From: Patescibacteria group bacterium
GTDB taxonomy: Bacteria > Patescibacteriota > WWE3 > UBA101185 > UBA10185
Assembly (NCBI GenBank): GCA_032117075.1
Contig: JAUMAA010000004.1
Location: 2,629 to 66,628 of the forward strand
Length of the DNA: 64,000 nt
Reading direction: 5' to 3'
Numbering within the stretch: the stretch's first letter is position 1; each line of letters starts with the position of its first letter. Position numbers and translations under genes: made by a program. This document shows positions 18,512 to 28,607 of the stretch, one piece after another. A model generated the notes under the pieces. That model saw nothing but the letters and a program-made list of their open reading frames with translations, did no database searches and was not told the DNA's origin.

Positions 18512-20836
18512 TTGAAAAAGTTAAATATGGCTTTAGATAGCTATAATGCCTCTGAAGTAGATCAAAATTCTACAACAACAGTCCCTAAAGTATTTAATGT
18601 TACCAAAAGAAACGGAGATCATGTTGACTACGATATTAAAAAAGTAGTTAGTGCCATCCACAAATGTTTTCTTGAATCAAAAGAAGGGGGAGAAGTAGAT
18701 GCGATGAAGGTAGCTCTTAAAGTTGATAAAGAGCTAAACTTTTTAGTATCTAAAGCCGATGACTCCTCAGTTTCGGTTGAACTTATTCAAGATTTAGTTG
18801 AAAAACATTTAATGCTGGAAGATTATGTAGTTTCTGCTAAGTCCTACATTCTTTTTAGGAACGAAAGAACCAGAGCTAGGGGAATGTCTGCTGGCTTAGT
18901 AGTAAGACCTGAGGTTAAGGAATTATTTGAAAGTTCTAAAAAATATTTTCGAAATCCACTAGCGGAGTTTGTATATTTTAGATCCTATTCAAAATGGATA
19001 GATGAAAAAGGTAGAAGAGAAACTTGGATTGAGACAGTTCAAAGATTTATGTCCTTTATGAAAGAGGAGATTGGAACAAAGCTTTCTGAGAAAGAAATAA
19101 ATGAAATTAAACAGTCAATTTTAAATCAAGAAGTAATCCCATCTATGAGACTTTTATGGAGTGCTGGTCCCGCAGCTAAAAAAACTCATGTCGCTGCTTA
19201 TAACTGTTCTTATATCGCAATTACAGATTTAAGAGATTTTTCAGAGATAATGTATGTGGCAATGTGCGGTACTGGTGTAGGGTATTCGGTTGAAAATAAA
19301 TTTATATCAAAACTACCTGAAATTAAAAAACAGTCTGGAAGTGTTCTTCCTACTCATATAGTTGAAGATTCTAAAGAAGGATGGGCTGATGCTTTTTATC
19401 TCGCAATCTCAACTTGGTTTGACGGTAATGATATTGCTTTTGATTACTCCAGAATAAGACTAAAAGGTGCAAGATTAAACACCATGGGAGGAAGGGCTTC
19501 CGGCCCAGCTCCTTTAATCGATCTTATGAACTTTACAAAAGAGATAGTTCTTAGAAGACAAGGAAGCAAACTAGACTCCCTAGAAGTCCACGATATCGCT
19601 TGTAAGGTTGGTGAGATTGTTATTATGGGAGGAGTTAGAAGATCAGCAATGATTTCTTTATCTGACTTGGGAGATGAAAGTTTGAGACACTCAAAGGATG
19701 GTCAATTTTGGAATACAGCTCCTCAAAGAATTATGGCAAATAATTCAGCAGTATACGAAGTTAAACCCTCCTCACAAGATTTCTTACAAGAATGGGCTGC
19801 CCTAGCTAACTCCGGTACTGGAGAAAGGGGAATCTTTAACAGAGGTAACCTTACAAACCAACTACCGATGAGAAGGGTTGCTGCTTTTGATGAAGGTAAT
19901 CCTTCTGATTGGGGTACAAATCCTTGTGGTGAGATTACACTTAGATCAAAACAATTCTGTAACCTTACTTCAATAGTCATAAGAGAAGATGATACTGTTG
20001 AATCAATGTTAAGAAAAATTAGACTTTCCTCGATATTAGGTACCTTTCAAGCAACTTTAACTGACTTTCCATATTTAACAAAAGAGTGGAGAGAAAATTG
20101 TGTAAAAGAAGCTTTACTAGGGGTATCCTTGACTGGTTACTTCGACAATGAACTTGCTAGAAATGAAGAGAACCTTAGTAAAATGAGAGACTTAGCAGTC
20201 GAGGTTAATAAAGAGTATGCCAAGAGATTTGGAATAAATGAGTCTACATGTGTAACTTGCATAAAACCTTCTGGTAATTCATCTCAACTTCTAGATACAG
20301 CATCTGGTATGCATCCTAGATACTCTCAGTATTATATTAGAAGAGTAAGAGTTTCTTCTACCGACCCAATCTACAAGATGATGAAAAAACAAGGAATACC
20401 ATGTAAACCAGAGGTAGGTCAGCATGAAGAGACAGCAACAACTTATGTACTTGAGTTCCCAATCAAAGCTCCGGAAAATGCTATCTTTAAAGATGATGTA
20501 TCCGCAATTGAGCTACTTGAAGAGTGGAAGAAATTAAAACTTAATTTCACTGAACATAATCCTTCTGTAACAATTTATGTTGGAAGCGATGAGTGGATCA
20601 AAGTTGCAAATTGGGTTTATGAGAATTGGGAAATAGTCGGCGGCTTATCATTCTTACCTAGATCTGATTTTGTGTATCAATTAGCTCCGTATGAGGAAAT
20701 CACAAAGGAACAATATGAAGAGCTTTCTTCACAAATCAAGGAAATTGACTTTAGTGAGATTGTTATTTATGAAGCTGAAGATTTGACTGAAGGATCCAAA
20801 GAGTTGGCATGTATGGCTGGAAATTGTGAAATCTAG
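18512..20836 (+). CDS. nrdJ: Class II (adenosylcobalamin-dependent, monomeric) ribonucleotide reductase with N-terminal ATP-cone
   Basis: 774-aa ORF with an ATP-cone (VTKRNGDHVDYDIKKVVSAIHKCF), an NPCGEI active-site motif and a C-terminal Cys pair. No adjacent NrdB-like gene. Confidence 0.7.
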   Translation: MKKLNMALDSYNASEVDQNSTTTVPKVFNVTKRNGDHVDYDIKKVVSAIHKCFLESKEGGEVDAMKVALKVDKELNFLVSKADDSSVSVELIQDLVEKHLMLEDYVVSAKSYILFRNERTRARGMSAGLVVRPEVKELFESSKKYFRNPLAEFVYFRSYSKWIDEKGRRETWIETVQRFMSFMKEEIGTKLSEKEINEIKQSILNQEVIPSMRLLWSAGPAAKKTHVAAYNCSYIAITDLRDFSEIMYVAMCGTGVGYSVENKFISKLPEIKKQSGSVLPTHIVEDSKEGWADAFYLAISTWFDGNDIAFDYSRIRLKGARLNTMGGRASGPAPLIDLMNFTKEIVLRRQGSKLDSLEVHDIACKVGEIVIMGGVRRSAMISLSDLGDESLRHSKDGQFWNTAPQRIMANNSAVYEVKPSSQDFLQEWAALANSGTGERGIFNRGNLTNQLPMRRVAAFDEGNPSDWGTNPCGEITLRSKQFCNLTSIVIREDDTVESMLRKIRLSSILGTFQATLTDFPYLTKEWRENCVKEALLGVSLTGYFDNELARNEENLSKMRDLAVEVNKEYAKRFGINESTCVTCIKPSGNSSQLLDTASGMHPRYSQYYIRRVRVSSTDPIYKMMKKQGIPCKPEVGQHEETATTYVLEFPIKAPENAIFKDDVSAIELLEEWKKLKLNFTEHNPSVTIYVGSDEWIKVANWVYENWEIVGGLSFLPRSDFVYQLAPYEEITKEQYEELSSQIKEIDFSEIVIYEAEDLTEGSKELACMAGNCEI

Positions 20837-20866
20837 TTACTGACTAGTTCTTCAAATTTCTATACA

Positions 20867-20907
20867 AAAGGCGGATTTATTACAACAAATCCGCCTTTTT
20901 GTTGTTT
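20867..20907 (+). terminator. Rho-independent terminator after nrdJ
   Basis: Perfect 12-bp stem (AAAGGCGGATTT / AAATCCGCCTTT, loop ATTACAAC) followed by a T-run (TTTTTGTTGTTTT). Confidence 0.8.
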
Positions 20908-20935
20908 TAAAATTGATATAATTTATAATACAGAT

Positions 20936-23761
20936 ATGTTTAAAGAAGTTGATTCACTTCCAAATTTTTCAAATATAGAAAAAGAAATCCTTTCTTATTG
21001 GGAAACTATTATTCCTGTAGAAAAGCTCAAGGAGCTAAGAAAAGATTCCCCAGAGTTTGTTTATTATGATGGTCCAATTACCGCTAACGGAAAGCCTCAT
21101 TATGGCCACTGTATTACTTGGACAATGAAAGATGTAGTTCCTAGATACTGGACTATGAAAAATTACTATGTTTCAAGAAACATGGGTTGGGATTGTCAAG
21201 GAATTTTAGTTGAAGTTGAGGTTGAAAAAGAACTTGGTTTTAAACACAAGGACGACATTATAAAGTATGGCATTGATAAATTTAACGATGCTTGTAAGAA
21301 TTCAGTTCTTAAATTGAAAGATTTAATATTTGATTATGAAAAAAAGATGGGCAGATGGTTCGATGAGAAAGACGAGTATTACACAATGGATCCTAAATAT
21401 ATCGAATCAATGTGGTGGTCTGTAAAAGAACTCTACAACAAAGGTTTGTTATACGAAGATTTTAAAAATGTTGCTTACTCAACTAGGGCTGGAACCACAC
21501 TTTCTTCCCACGAAGTAAAAGATGGTGGTTACAAAGATATTGAAGACGACTATGTAATTGTTAAATTTAAATTAAAAGATGAGGATTCTTACTTACTTGC
21601 TTATACAACTACTCCGTGGACATTATTTGGAAATTTATTAATTGGAATTAAAAAAGATTCAACTTATGTGAAAGTTAGATTTAATGAAGAAAATTATATT
21701 TGCTCTAAAGATTTAGTAGAAAATTTATTTTCTGAAAACTTTGAAATTTTAGAAGAATTTGATTCATCAAAGATTGAAGGTATGGAATATTACCCTCTTT
21801 TTCCTCACTATGAGACAAAAAGAGAGGAGGGTGCTTTTAGAGTAATCCTTGCTTCTCATGCAGTTACAACAGAAGGGACTGGTATGGTTCATTTAGCTCC
21901 TTATGGTGAAGAAGACTTTGAAATTTTAAGAGATAAAAAAATTAAAGCTTTTGATTATCTTGACGATACGGCTAATTTTACAAATGATATTCCCGAATTT
22001 GCTGGTGTTTTTTATAAAGATGCTAATTCTAAAATTATTGAAGACTTAGTTTCAAGAAATCTAATGTTTCAACACGGGAAAGTAGTTCACAGAATGCCAA
22101 TGTGCTACAGAACTAATACCCCTTTAATTTATAAACCAATAAAATCTTGGTATTTAAATGTTGAAAAACTAAAACCAAGACTACTTGAAGAAAATAATAA
22201 AATAAGGTGGGTTCCAGAACATGTAAAAAAAGGTAATTCGGGATCTTGGATTGAAAATGCTAAAGATTGGTGTCTTTCAAGAAACAGATATTGGGGTACT
22301 CCGATGCCAATTTGGAAAAATGAAACTACAGGTGAGATTATTGTCATTGGATCATTTGAAGAATTAAAAAAATTATCTGGTATTGAGATCTCAGATCCTC
22401 ACAGACCTTATGTTGATGAAATTTCTTGGGAAGACAAAGAAAAAGGTGGTGTTTTTAAAAGGGTAATTGATGTTATAGATGTTTGGTATGATTCAGGCTC
22501 TGTTCCTTTTGCAAAAGTTTACTACCCAAATAATTTAGAGTTATTTAATCAAAAATTTCCTGCTAAATATATTTCTGAAGGTATGGATCAGACACACCTT
22601 TGGTTTTATACCATGCTTGTTTTGAATGTTGCTCTATTTGATAAGTCTCCTTTTGAAAACTGTATTGTTACGGGCATGCTTTTAGATAAAAATGCTAAGA
22701 AACTTTCTAAATCAAAAGGAAACTACCCTCCAATTGATGATGTTTTAGAAAATTATAGTGCTGATATCTTAAGATACTTTGCTTTAACTTCCCCAATTGT
22801 TCAAGGTGAGTTTACTAGATTTTATGAAGATTTGCTAAAAGAAATCAAAAAAGAATTCTTTTTAATTTATTGGAACACCCTGAAATTCTTTGTTACTTAT
22901 GCGAATTTAAATAATTTCTCACCTGATAAAAAGATAGAATCAGACGATGTTCTTGATAAATGGATAAAATTAAGAGTAAAAGAAGTTAAACACTCCATTT
23001 ATAAAAATATGGAAGTTTATGAGATTATGCCCGCAGCAAGGGAATTCGCTCCATTAGTTAGCGATTTATCTACTTGGTATGTTAGAAGGTCTCGAGAAAA
23101 AATCAAAAATGGCGATCTAGCATCTCTCTCGACCTTATATGATGTTCTAACAGAAATTACGCTTTTAATGGCTCCTTTCTTTCCATTTTTATCTGAGAAG
23201 TCTTATCAAGTCCTAAATTTAAATAAATCTAGAAATTTAGATTCAGTTCATTTTGATTTATTTACAGATTTGGAGAGTGAATTAACAGATTCTGAAAAAG
23301 ACTTACTTTTGAAAATGTCATTAGATAGAAGAATTATTACAGAACTTTTAAATTTAAGAACAAAATCTAAAATTTCTTTACGACAACCTCTTGAAAATTT
23401 TTATTCCAACCAAGAAGTGAGTTTCCCAGAGTTAGTTTTGGATGAAGTAAATATTAAATCTTATTCAAAAAATGAAATTCAAAGTGAGAGTATTTTAGCT
23501 AATGAAGATAGAAGCATTGTACTAAATCTTGAGATTAGTGAAGAACTACGACAAGAAGGAATTTTGAGAGATTTTCTCAGAAAAGTTCAGGATTTAAGAA
23601 AAGCATCTAATTTAAAGGTAGAAGACCAAATTAAATTGACTTTTTCCCAAGAAGATATAAGCGAAGACAATATTAAGTTAAATAGACAAACTCTTGAGAA
23701 AAAAGTAAATGCTAAGGAAATAGTAATGGGCGGTGAGACAAAAATTGAAATTGTTCAATGA
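20936..23761 (+). CDS. ileS: Isoleucyl-tRNA synthetase (type 2-like)
   Basis: 941-aa class I aaRS with HIGH (YDGPITANGKPHYGH), KMSKS (KLSKSKGN), and GWDCQG and DWCLSRNRYWGTPMP motifs typical of IleS. Confidence 0.8.
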   Translation: MFKEVDSLPNFSNIEKEILSYWETIIPVEKLKELRKDSPEFVYYDGPITANGKPHYGHCITWTMKDVVPRYWTMKNYYVSRNMGWDCQGILVEVEVEKELGFKHKDDIIKYGIDKFNDACKNSVLKLKDLIFDYEKKMGRWFDEKDEYYTMDPKYIESMWWSVKELYNKGLLYEDFKNVAYSTRAGTTLSSHEVKDGGYKDIEDDYVIVKFKLKDEDSYLLAYTTTPWTLFGNLLIGIKKDSTYVKVRFNEENYICSKDLVENLFSENFEILEEFDSSKIEGMEYYPLFPHYETKREEGAFRVILASHAVTTEGTGMVHLAPYGEEDFEILRDKKIKAFDYLDDTANFTNDIPEFAGVFYKDANSKIIEDLVSRNLMFQHGKVVHRMPMCYRTNTPLIYKPIKSWYLNVEKLKPRLLEENNKIRWVPEHVKKGNSGSWIENAKDWCLSRNRYWGTPMPIWKNETTGEIIVIGSFEELKKLSGIEISDPHRPYVDEISWEDKEKGGVFKRVIDVIDVWYDSGSVPFAKVYYPNNLELFNQKFPAKYISEGMDQTHLWFYTMLVLNVALFDKSPFENCIVTGMLLDKNAKKLSKSKGNYPPIDDVLENYSADILRYFALTSPIVQGEFTRFYEDLLKEIKKEFFLIYWNTLKFFVTYANLNNFSPDKKIESDDVLDKWIKLRVKEVKHSIYKNMEVYEIMPAAREFAPLVSDLSTWYVRRSREKIKNGDLASLSTLYDVLTEITLLMAPFFPFLSEKSYQVLNLNKSRNLDSVHFDLFTDLESELTDSEKDLLLKMSLDRRIITELLNLRTKSKISLRQPLENFYSNQEVSFPELVLDEVNIKSYSKNEIQSESILANEDRSIVLNLEISEELRQEGILRDFLRKVQDLRKASNLKVEDQIKLTFSQEDISEDNIKLNRQTLEKKVNAKEIVMGGETKIEIVQ

Positions 23762-24834
23762 TTTTTGATTTTGTAAAAAATATAAATTTCAGAATATTTT
23801 TACCAGCTTTTTTCATTTTTATTATTAGTTTAATTACATTAAATTCATCAATTCCTAGTTTGTTTTATAACCATTTAATATATGCAATCTTTGGAATTCT
23901 TATTTTTTTAATTCTAACCAAAATTGATACCAATTTTTTTGTGAATAAATCATTTCTTTTTTATTTTTTGATAGTGTTTTTATTGCTCTTAGTTTATACA
24001 ATTGGTCACACTGCCCTAGGGGCTTCAAGATGGTTAAGAGTGGGGGAACTGTCAGTTCAGCCCTCTGAATTTGCAAAAGTTTCTCTTATTCTTTTGCTAT
24101 CAAAAATTTGGGTTGATAGATCTGAGTGGAATTTAAAATTCTTGGTCCTTAAAAATAAATTTATTAAGTCTTTGATTGTTTTTATTCCTTTAATAACCTT
24201 TGTTTTAATTCAGCCGGACTTAGGAACTTCTATCATTATTTTTTTAGTATTTATGAACCTATTATTAGTCAGCCCTTTTCCTAAAAGATATATTGTCTAT
24301 TTTTTGATCTTAGTTTCTATTTTTTCTTCTTATTTTTGGGGTTTTCTTCATGATTATCAGAGGGAGAGAGTTATTATATTTTTAAATCCTGAGATTGATC
24401 GCTATGGGGCTGGGTACAATTCAATTCAAGCCACCATAGCTGTTGGTTCCGGCGGTGTTTTTGGAAAAGGATACTCAAAAGGGACCCAAACTCAGTTGAA
24501 TTTTTTACCAATTTTTTGGACAGATTTTTTAGTAGCAACCTATGCTGAGGAATGGGGTTTGTTTGGTTTAATTGCCTTGATTGGAGTTTATTCATATTTT
24601 TTAAGGGAGATTAGATTTATAACTTTACGAGCTTCTACACCTGAAGCTAAGTTTATTTCGATGGGAGTTCTAACTTATTTTGGATTTCAATTTATTATTA
24701 ATACTGGAATGAATATTGGACTCATGCCCGTAACAGGAATACCAATACCCTTTTTTTCATACGGGGGAACATCCCTTATTTCTTCTTTTTTTCTTTTAGG
24801 TTTGATTAATAAAATATCTGTGGAAAAAGTTTAA
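23758..24834 (+). CDS. rodA: SEDS-family protein, RodA-like (second SEDS paralog outside the dcw cluster)
   Basis: 358-aa polytopic ORF with SEDS motifs (QPSEFAKVSLIL, PDLGTSIII, AVGSGGVFGKGYSKGTQ, LPIFWTDFLVATYAEEWGLFG, PFFSYGGTS). ATGA overlap with ileS. Confidence 0.75.
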   Translation: MIFDFVKNINFRIFLPAFFIFIISLITLNSSIPSLFYNHLIYAIFGILIFLILTKIDTNFFVNKSFLFYFLIVFLLLLVYTIGHTALGASRWLRVGELSVQPSEFAKVSLILLLSKIWVDRSEWNLKFLVLKNKFIKSLIVFIPLITFVLIQPDLGTSIIIFLVFMNLLLVSPFPKRYIVYFLILVSIFSSYFWGFLHDYQRERVIIFLNPEIDRYGAGYNSIQATIAVGSGGVFGKGYSKGTQTQLNFLPIFWTDFLVATYAEEWGLFGLIALIGVYSYFLREIRFITLRASTPEAKFISMGVLTYFGFQFIINTGMNIGLMPVTGIPIPFFSYGGTSLISSFFLLGLINKISVEKV

Positions 24835-24852
24835 ATTTGTTAAAATAAAACT

Positions 24853-26256
24853 ATGTTTATTGTAAGTACCTATTCTAACTACCTAACAGTTTCTTATAGA
24901 GAAGGTAGTAACTTGATTGAAAAATCAGTTCCTCTTGAATTAAGTATTTTAGAAAATTCACATATAAAATTAGTTGATGAGTTTAAAAAGATTCTTTACA
25001 ATGTTTTGTATGACATTAAAGGTATGTCTTATAAGAATATACCTGTTGTTTTCATTTTAGATCCTCTCAAAGTTGATTTTAGATTTTACAAAAAATCAAA
25101 GGATAGTAGTGAAGAAGAATCTTTAAACTCAATTTTTGATGAAATTGGTAAGAATAAAGAATCACTTTATTATTCAGTCCAAAAAAAATCACCATTATTT
25201 TCTCAATTTGTAGCTATTAATAAAAATGATTTGGACATTTTAGATCAAGTTTCCTCAGAGCTCGGTTTACAGGTAAAAGGTGTTTTTTCTTATTTATCAC
25301 TTTTGACCAAATATGTGAATCATCCAGGAAATCTAATAATGGTTACTTCTTATTTAGGAAATATCGTTCTTTCTCTTTCTGAACAAAATTCAATTTATTT
25401 TAATGATTCATATGGTTCATTTAGAGATATTTCAAACATTAAAAGATTAGTTGAAAATTTAAAACTTTTTAAGAATAATGGAAAAAATAGCGAGATTGTC
25501 TCCTTTAATTTTGAAAATCCAGAGATAACCAATAAATTAAATATTCAGGAAGTAATTTTTAATAATGATTACGGTTATATAAATCCTATTCATGCTCTAG
25601 CTGATGTTGCATTAGAAATATTTGAAAACGAAATTTATAGTTTAAATTATAATTTGATAAATTTAGTTGCATCTGAGCAGGTAAACGAGGAGCAAAAAGT
25701 TCCTATTTTAAAGTATGCCTTCATGCTAATTTTTTCACTATTATTAGGGGGTGGTGGTTACTATTTAAGTTTTGTTAACCCAACACTTGTGACTGGTGTA
25801 TTAGGAACAAACTCATCCGCTAATGAAGAAAGTAATAATTCAAATGAAAACACTTCCGTTGTACCTGGAAGTAACTTAACTTTCCCAAGGGTTTCTGTAC
25901 CTGTTGAATCTAATCCAAAATCTGATGTATTAACTGGTGAAAATGTCGATTTAACAGCCCCTTCCTCTACATTGTCTCTGCCTAAAGATAAAATTAAAGT
26001 TCAGGTTCTAAACTCTACCGGAGTAGCAGGAAAGGCAAGGACAAAAGGAGAGCTGATGAAGAGTTTGGGGTATAAAAATGTTGAAATTGGGGATACAAAG
26101 CCAGTGATTGAAGGTACTCTTATGAAAGTTGTCCCAGAATATATTAATTATAAAGATGCTTTTATGAAGGAACTTATTACCTTTGAAAACCTTAAAGTCG
26201 AGCAAAATACTGAAACAAGTCCAAAATATGACCTTATCATAGTACTTGGTAAGTAG
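24853..26256 (+). CDS. Membrane protein with PilM/FtsA-like N-terminal region, one TM and a C-terminal LytR_C-type domain
   Basis: 467-aa ORF. A C-terminal approximately 90-aa block (KIKVQVLNSTGVAGKARTKGELMKSLGYKNVEIGDT ... DLIIVLGK) matches the LytR/CpsA/Psr C-terminal domain pattern. A central hydrophobic helix (YAFMLIFSLLLGGGGYYLSFV). Confidence 0.4.
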   Translation: MFIVSTYSNYLTVSYREGSNLIEKSVPLELSILENSHIKLVDEFKKILYNVLYDIKGMSYKNIPVVFILDPLKVDFRFYKKSKDSSEEESLNSIFDEIGKNKESLYYSVQKKSPLFSQFVAINKNDLDILDQVSSELGLQVKGVFSYLSLLTKYVNHPGNLIMVTSYLGNIVLSLSEQNSIYFNDSYGSFRDISNIKRLVENLKLFKNNGKNSEIVSFNFENPEITNKLNIQEVIFNNDYGYINPIHALADVALEIFENEIYSLNYNLINLVASEQVNEEQKVPILKYAFMLIFSLLLGGGGYYLSFVNPTLVTGVLGTNSSANEESNNSNENTSVVPGSNLTFPRVSVPVESNPKSDVLTGENVDLTAPSSTLSLPKDKIKVQVLNSTGVAGKARTKGELMKSLGYKNVEIGDTKPVIEGTLMKVVPEYINYKDAFMKELITFENLKVEQNTETSPKYDLIIVLGK

Positions 26257-26262
26257 AATTTC

Positions 26263-26291
26263 TTGTAAAATATTATAAAATATAGTATTAT
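26263..26291 (+). promoter_or_regulatory. Candidate promoter for rplU-rpmA (TTGTAA-N17-TATTAT)
   Basis: TTGTAA at 26263-26268 and TATTAT at 26286-26291, 14 nt upstream of the rplU ATG. Pattern only. Confidence 0.3.
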
Positions 26292-26304
26292 TCAGAAGTT
26301 AAAT

Positions 26305-26613
26305 ATGAAAACAGCAATTATTAGCCTTGACGGCAGACAATTTAAAATAAAAGAAGGACAAGTTTTTAAAGTTAATTCTATTGAAAATTTCGATGCTTTA
26401 AAGGTATTAACCTTTATTGAGGGTGAAAATACTGAAATAGGAGCCCCTTTTTTGGAGAATATAACTGTCTCTTTATCTAAAGTTGAAGATAGATTAGATG
26501 AGAAGGTTAGAGTTTCTAGATTTAGATCAAAATCAAGACATAGAAGAACTAAAGGTTTTAGACAACCAATCTCAATTGTTAAAGTAGAGTCAATTTCTAA
26601 GGAGAATAAATAA
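26305..26613 (+). CDS. rplU: 50S ribosomal protein L21
   Basis: 102-aa ORF. The MKTAIISLDGRQFKIKEGQVFKV N-terminus is typical of L21. Immediately followed by rpmA. Confidence 0.85.
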   Translation: MKTAIISLDGRQFKIKEGQVFKVNSIENFDALKVLTFIEGENTEIGAPFLENITVSLSKVEDRLDEKVRVSRFRSKSRHRRTKGFRQPISIVKVESISKENK

Positions 26614-26874
26614 ATGGCACATAAGAAGGCGGGAAGTACAAAAGCAAAACAAGGTGGAAATGTAGCTGGAAAAAGACTTGGTGTTAAAGTTTTCGGTGGT
26701 GATTTTGTTAAATCAGGTGGAATTATCGTTAGACAAAGAGGAATGGTTTTCGATTCTGGAAAAAACACACTAGTTGGAAGAGATCATACAATCTTCTCCA
26801 CAATCGATGGTATTGTTAAATTTGTTTACAACACTAAATCAAAAAAAAGAATTGATGTTGAATCTTTAAACTAA
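26614..26874 (+). CDS. rpmA: 50S ribosomal protein L27
   Basis: 86-aa ORF with [29 protein letters not shown] ... VRQRG ... GRDHTIF, a near-consensus L27. Confidence 0.9.
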   Translation: MAHKKAGSTKAKQGGNVAGKRLGVKVFGGDFVKSGGIIVRQRGMVFDSGKNTLVGRDHTIFSTIDGIVKFVYNTKSKKRIDVESLN

Positions 26875-26911
26875 TTTTCTCTAAAAATAATCTAAAAATA
26901 AAATTTATATA

Positions 26912-27301
26912 TTAAAAGGATAGGAAGACTTTTCCAATTATGTTTTCTCCCTTTAGTGGTCCGTAGTTTCTTGAATCTATACTTTCCTTAGGGTTATCTC
27001 CAAGAACATAAATTTCATTTTTATTTAATGAAATCTCAGTCCCATCAAGTTCAAATTTTTCACCTGGAAGATGTGATAATCTTTTAATCATTTCCTCATT
27101 TTTTACTTGAAGAATTAATATATCACCTTTTTTAATTTCAAAAAGTTTAAAAAGATACTTATCAACAACAATTAAAGTATTATTTTTTAATGTCGGGTGC
27201 ATTGAATTACCGCTGATATAACTAATTCTAAAATTGAAAATTAGAAAGAAAAAAATGAAGAAAGATAGAAATTTTAATGTATGGTTTAAAATTTTAGACA
27301 T
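26912..27301 (-). CDS. lepB: Signal peptidase I (S26 family, short form)
   Basis: 129-aa ORF with an N-terminal TM, the catalytic Ser box GNSMHPTL, a Lys box and the C-terminal YVLGDNPKESIDSRNYGPL motif. Confidence 0.7.
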   Translation of the reverse strand: MSKILNHTLKFLSFFIFFFLIFNFRISYISGNSMHPTLKNNTLIVVDKYLFKLFEIKKGDILILQVKNEEMIKRLSHLPGEKFELDGTEISLNKNEIYVLGDNPKESIDSRNYGPLKGENIIGKVFLSF

Positions 27302-27319
27302 ATTAAAATATTATAATAA

Positions 27320-28606
27320 ATGAAATCAATAAAGTTAAGTCAAACTGTTAAAAAAATAGCCTCAAATACTTTTTATCAACTAATTTCCAAGGTAATTACT
27401 ATGACAATTACTTTCGGACTTAGTATTATGATATCCATTAATTACGGTAGTGAAGGATATGGTTTTTTTTCTATTCTTCAATCAATTCCTGCTCTCTTTT
27501 ATATTATTGCTGACTTTGGACTTAATGCCATTTCAGCAAGAGAAATATCCAAAAAGACTAAGGAGATAGAGTCGGTCTTTTCAAATATTCTTTTTTTAAG
27601 GTTAATAATTAGTGTTTTAGGTGTCATTGCATGTTTAATTTTATCCTTTGCTTTGTATCAGGATGAGCAACTCAGATTCGGACTGGCTCTTGCTAGTTTA
27701 ATAATAGTTTCACAGTCTTTAATAATGAGTACTAATTTAATTTTTCAAATCAAACTAAAATACGACCTTTCATCTCTTTCAAATGTAATAGGTTACCTTT
27801 TAATTTTATTTTTTAGTATCTATTTCATAAATAACTCGGTAGATCTGGCTTACATTAACTTTCTCTATGTTATTGGCGGATTTATTACTTTAACTATCAA
27901 TCTAATACTAATCTATAAGAGGTTTATTAGGGTCAGCTTTGATTTTGATAAATCATACTTAAAATATATGTTTGCAGAATCCTGGCCTCTAGGTTTGATG
28001 TTTCTATTTTCTCAAATAAATTTTAGAGCAGACTCAATTTTATTAAGTACTTTGAAAATTCCAGAAAATTTTGGTTCTAACTTGCAAGCAGTAGGTGTGT
28101 ATTCTTTTCCGTATAAGATATTCGAAGTTTTATTAGTTGTACCAACTTTTATGATGAATTCCCTGTACCCTATTCTTCTAGATAGATATCAGAAAGGTGA
28201 GATGGAATTTAAAAAATTCTTTAATAAAGCTTTAGCTATGTTTTTAAGTGTCGGACTACTAGTTACATTTTTAGGATATTTAGGAATTTTTATAATAGAA
28301 AAGTATCAGATTGTTAATACTTACTTTAACCAGGATTTTATAAACTCCCCCGATATTTTAAGAATTCTTCTACTTGGTTTGGTATTCTTTTTTTTATCAC
28401 AACCACTGGCTTGGGTTTTTGTTGTTAAGGAAAAACAAATAATTCTCCCTTTGTTTTATTTTTTGGCAGCAGTTTTAAACTTATTCCTTAATTTTGTCTT
28501 TATCCCTCAGTTCGGTTACTTTGCCAGCAGTTATATTACTTGGTTAACAGAATTAATAATATTGATTTTACTTTTCTTAACTGCCAAGATCAAGAAATGG
28601 ATCTAA
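27320..28606 (+). CDS. Wzx-like polysaccharide/oligosaccharide flippase (MOP superfamily)
   Basis: 428-aa ORF with about 12-14 TM helices and the typical N-terminal pattern of polysaccharide-biosynthesis/flippase proteins. Confidence 0.5.
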   Translation: MKSIKLSQTVKKIASNTFYQLISKVITMTITFGLSIMISINYGSEGYGFFSILQSIPALFYIIADFGLNAISAREISKKTKEIESVFSNILFLRLIISVLGVIACLILSFALYQDEQLRFGLALASLIIVSQSLIMSTNLIFQIKLKYDLSSLSNVIGYLLILFFSIYFINNSVDLAYINFLYVIGGFITLTINLILIYKRFIRVSFDFDKSYLKYMFAESWPLGLMFLFSQINFRADSILLSTLKIPENFGSNLQAVGVYSFPYKIFEVLLVVPTFMMNSLYPILLDRYQKGEMEFKKFFNKALAMFLSVGLLVTFLGYLGIFIIEKYQIVNTYFNQDFINSPDILRILLLGLVFFFLSQPLAWVFVVKEKQIILPLFYFLAAVLNLFLNFVFIPQFGYFASSYITWLTELIILILLFLTAKIKKWI

Positions 28607-28607
28607 G

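Noticed and set aside
26292-26768. 158-aa minus-strand ORF overlapping rplU/rpmA
   Set aside because: It is entirely antisense to two highly conserved ribosomal protein genes. It is a low-complexity Leu/Phe/Ser-rich translation typical of antisense frames in AT-rich DNA.
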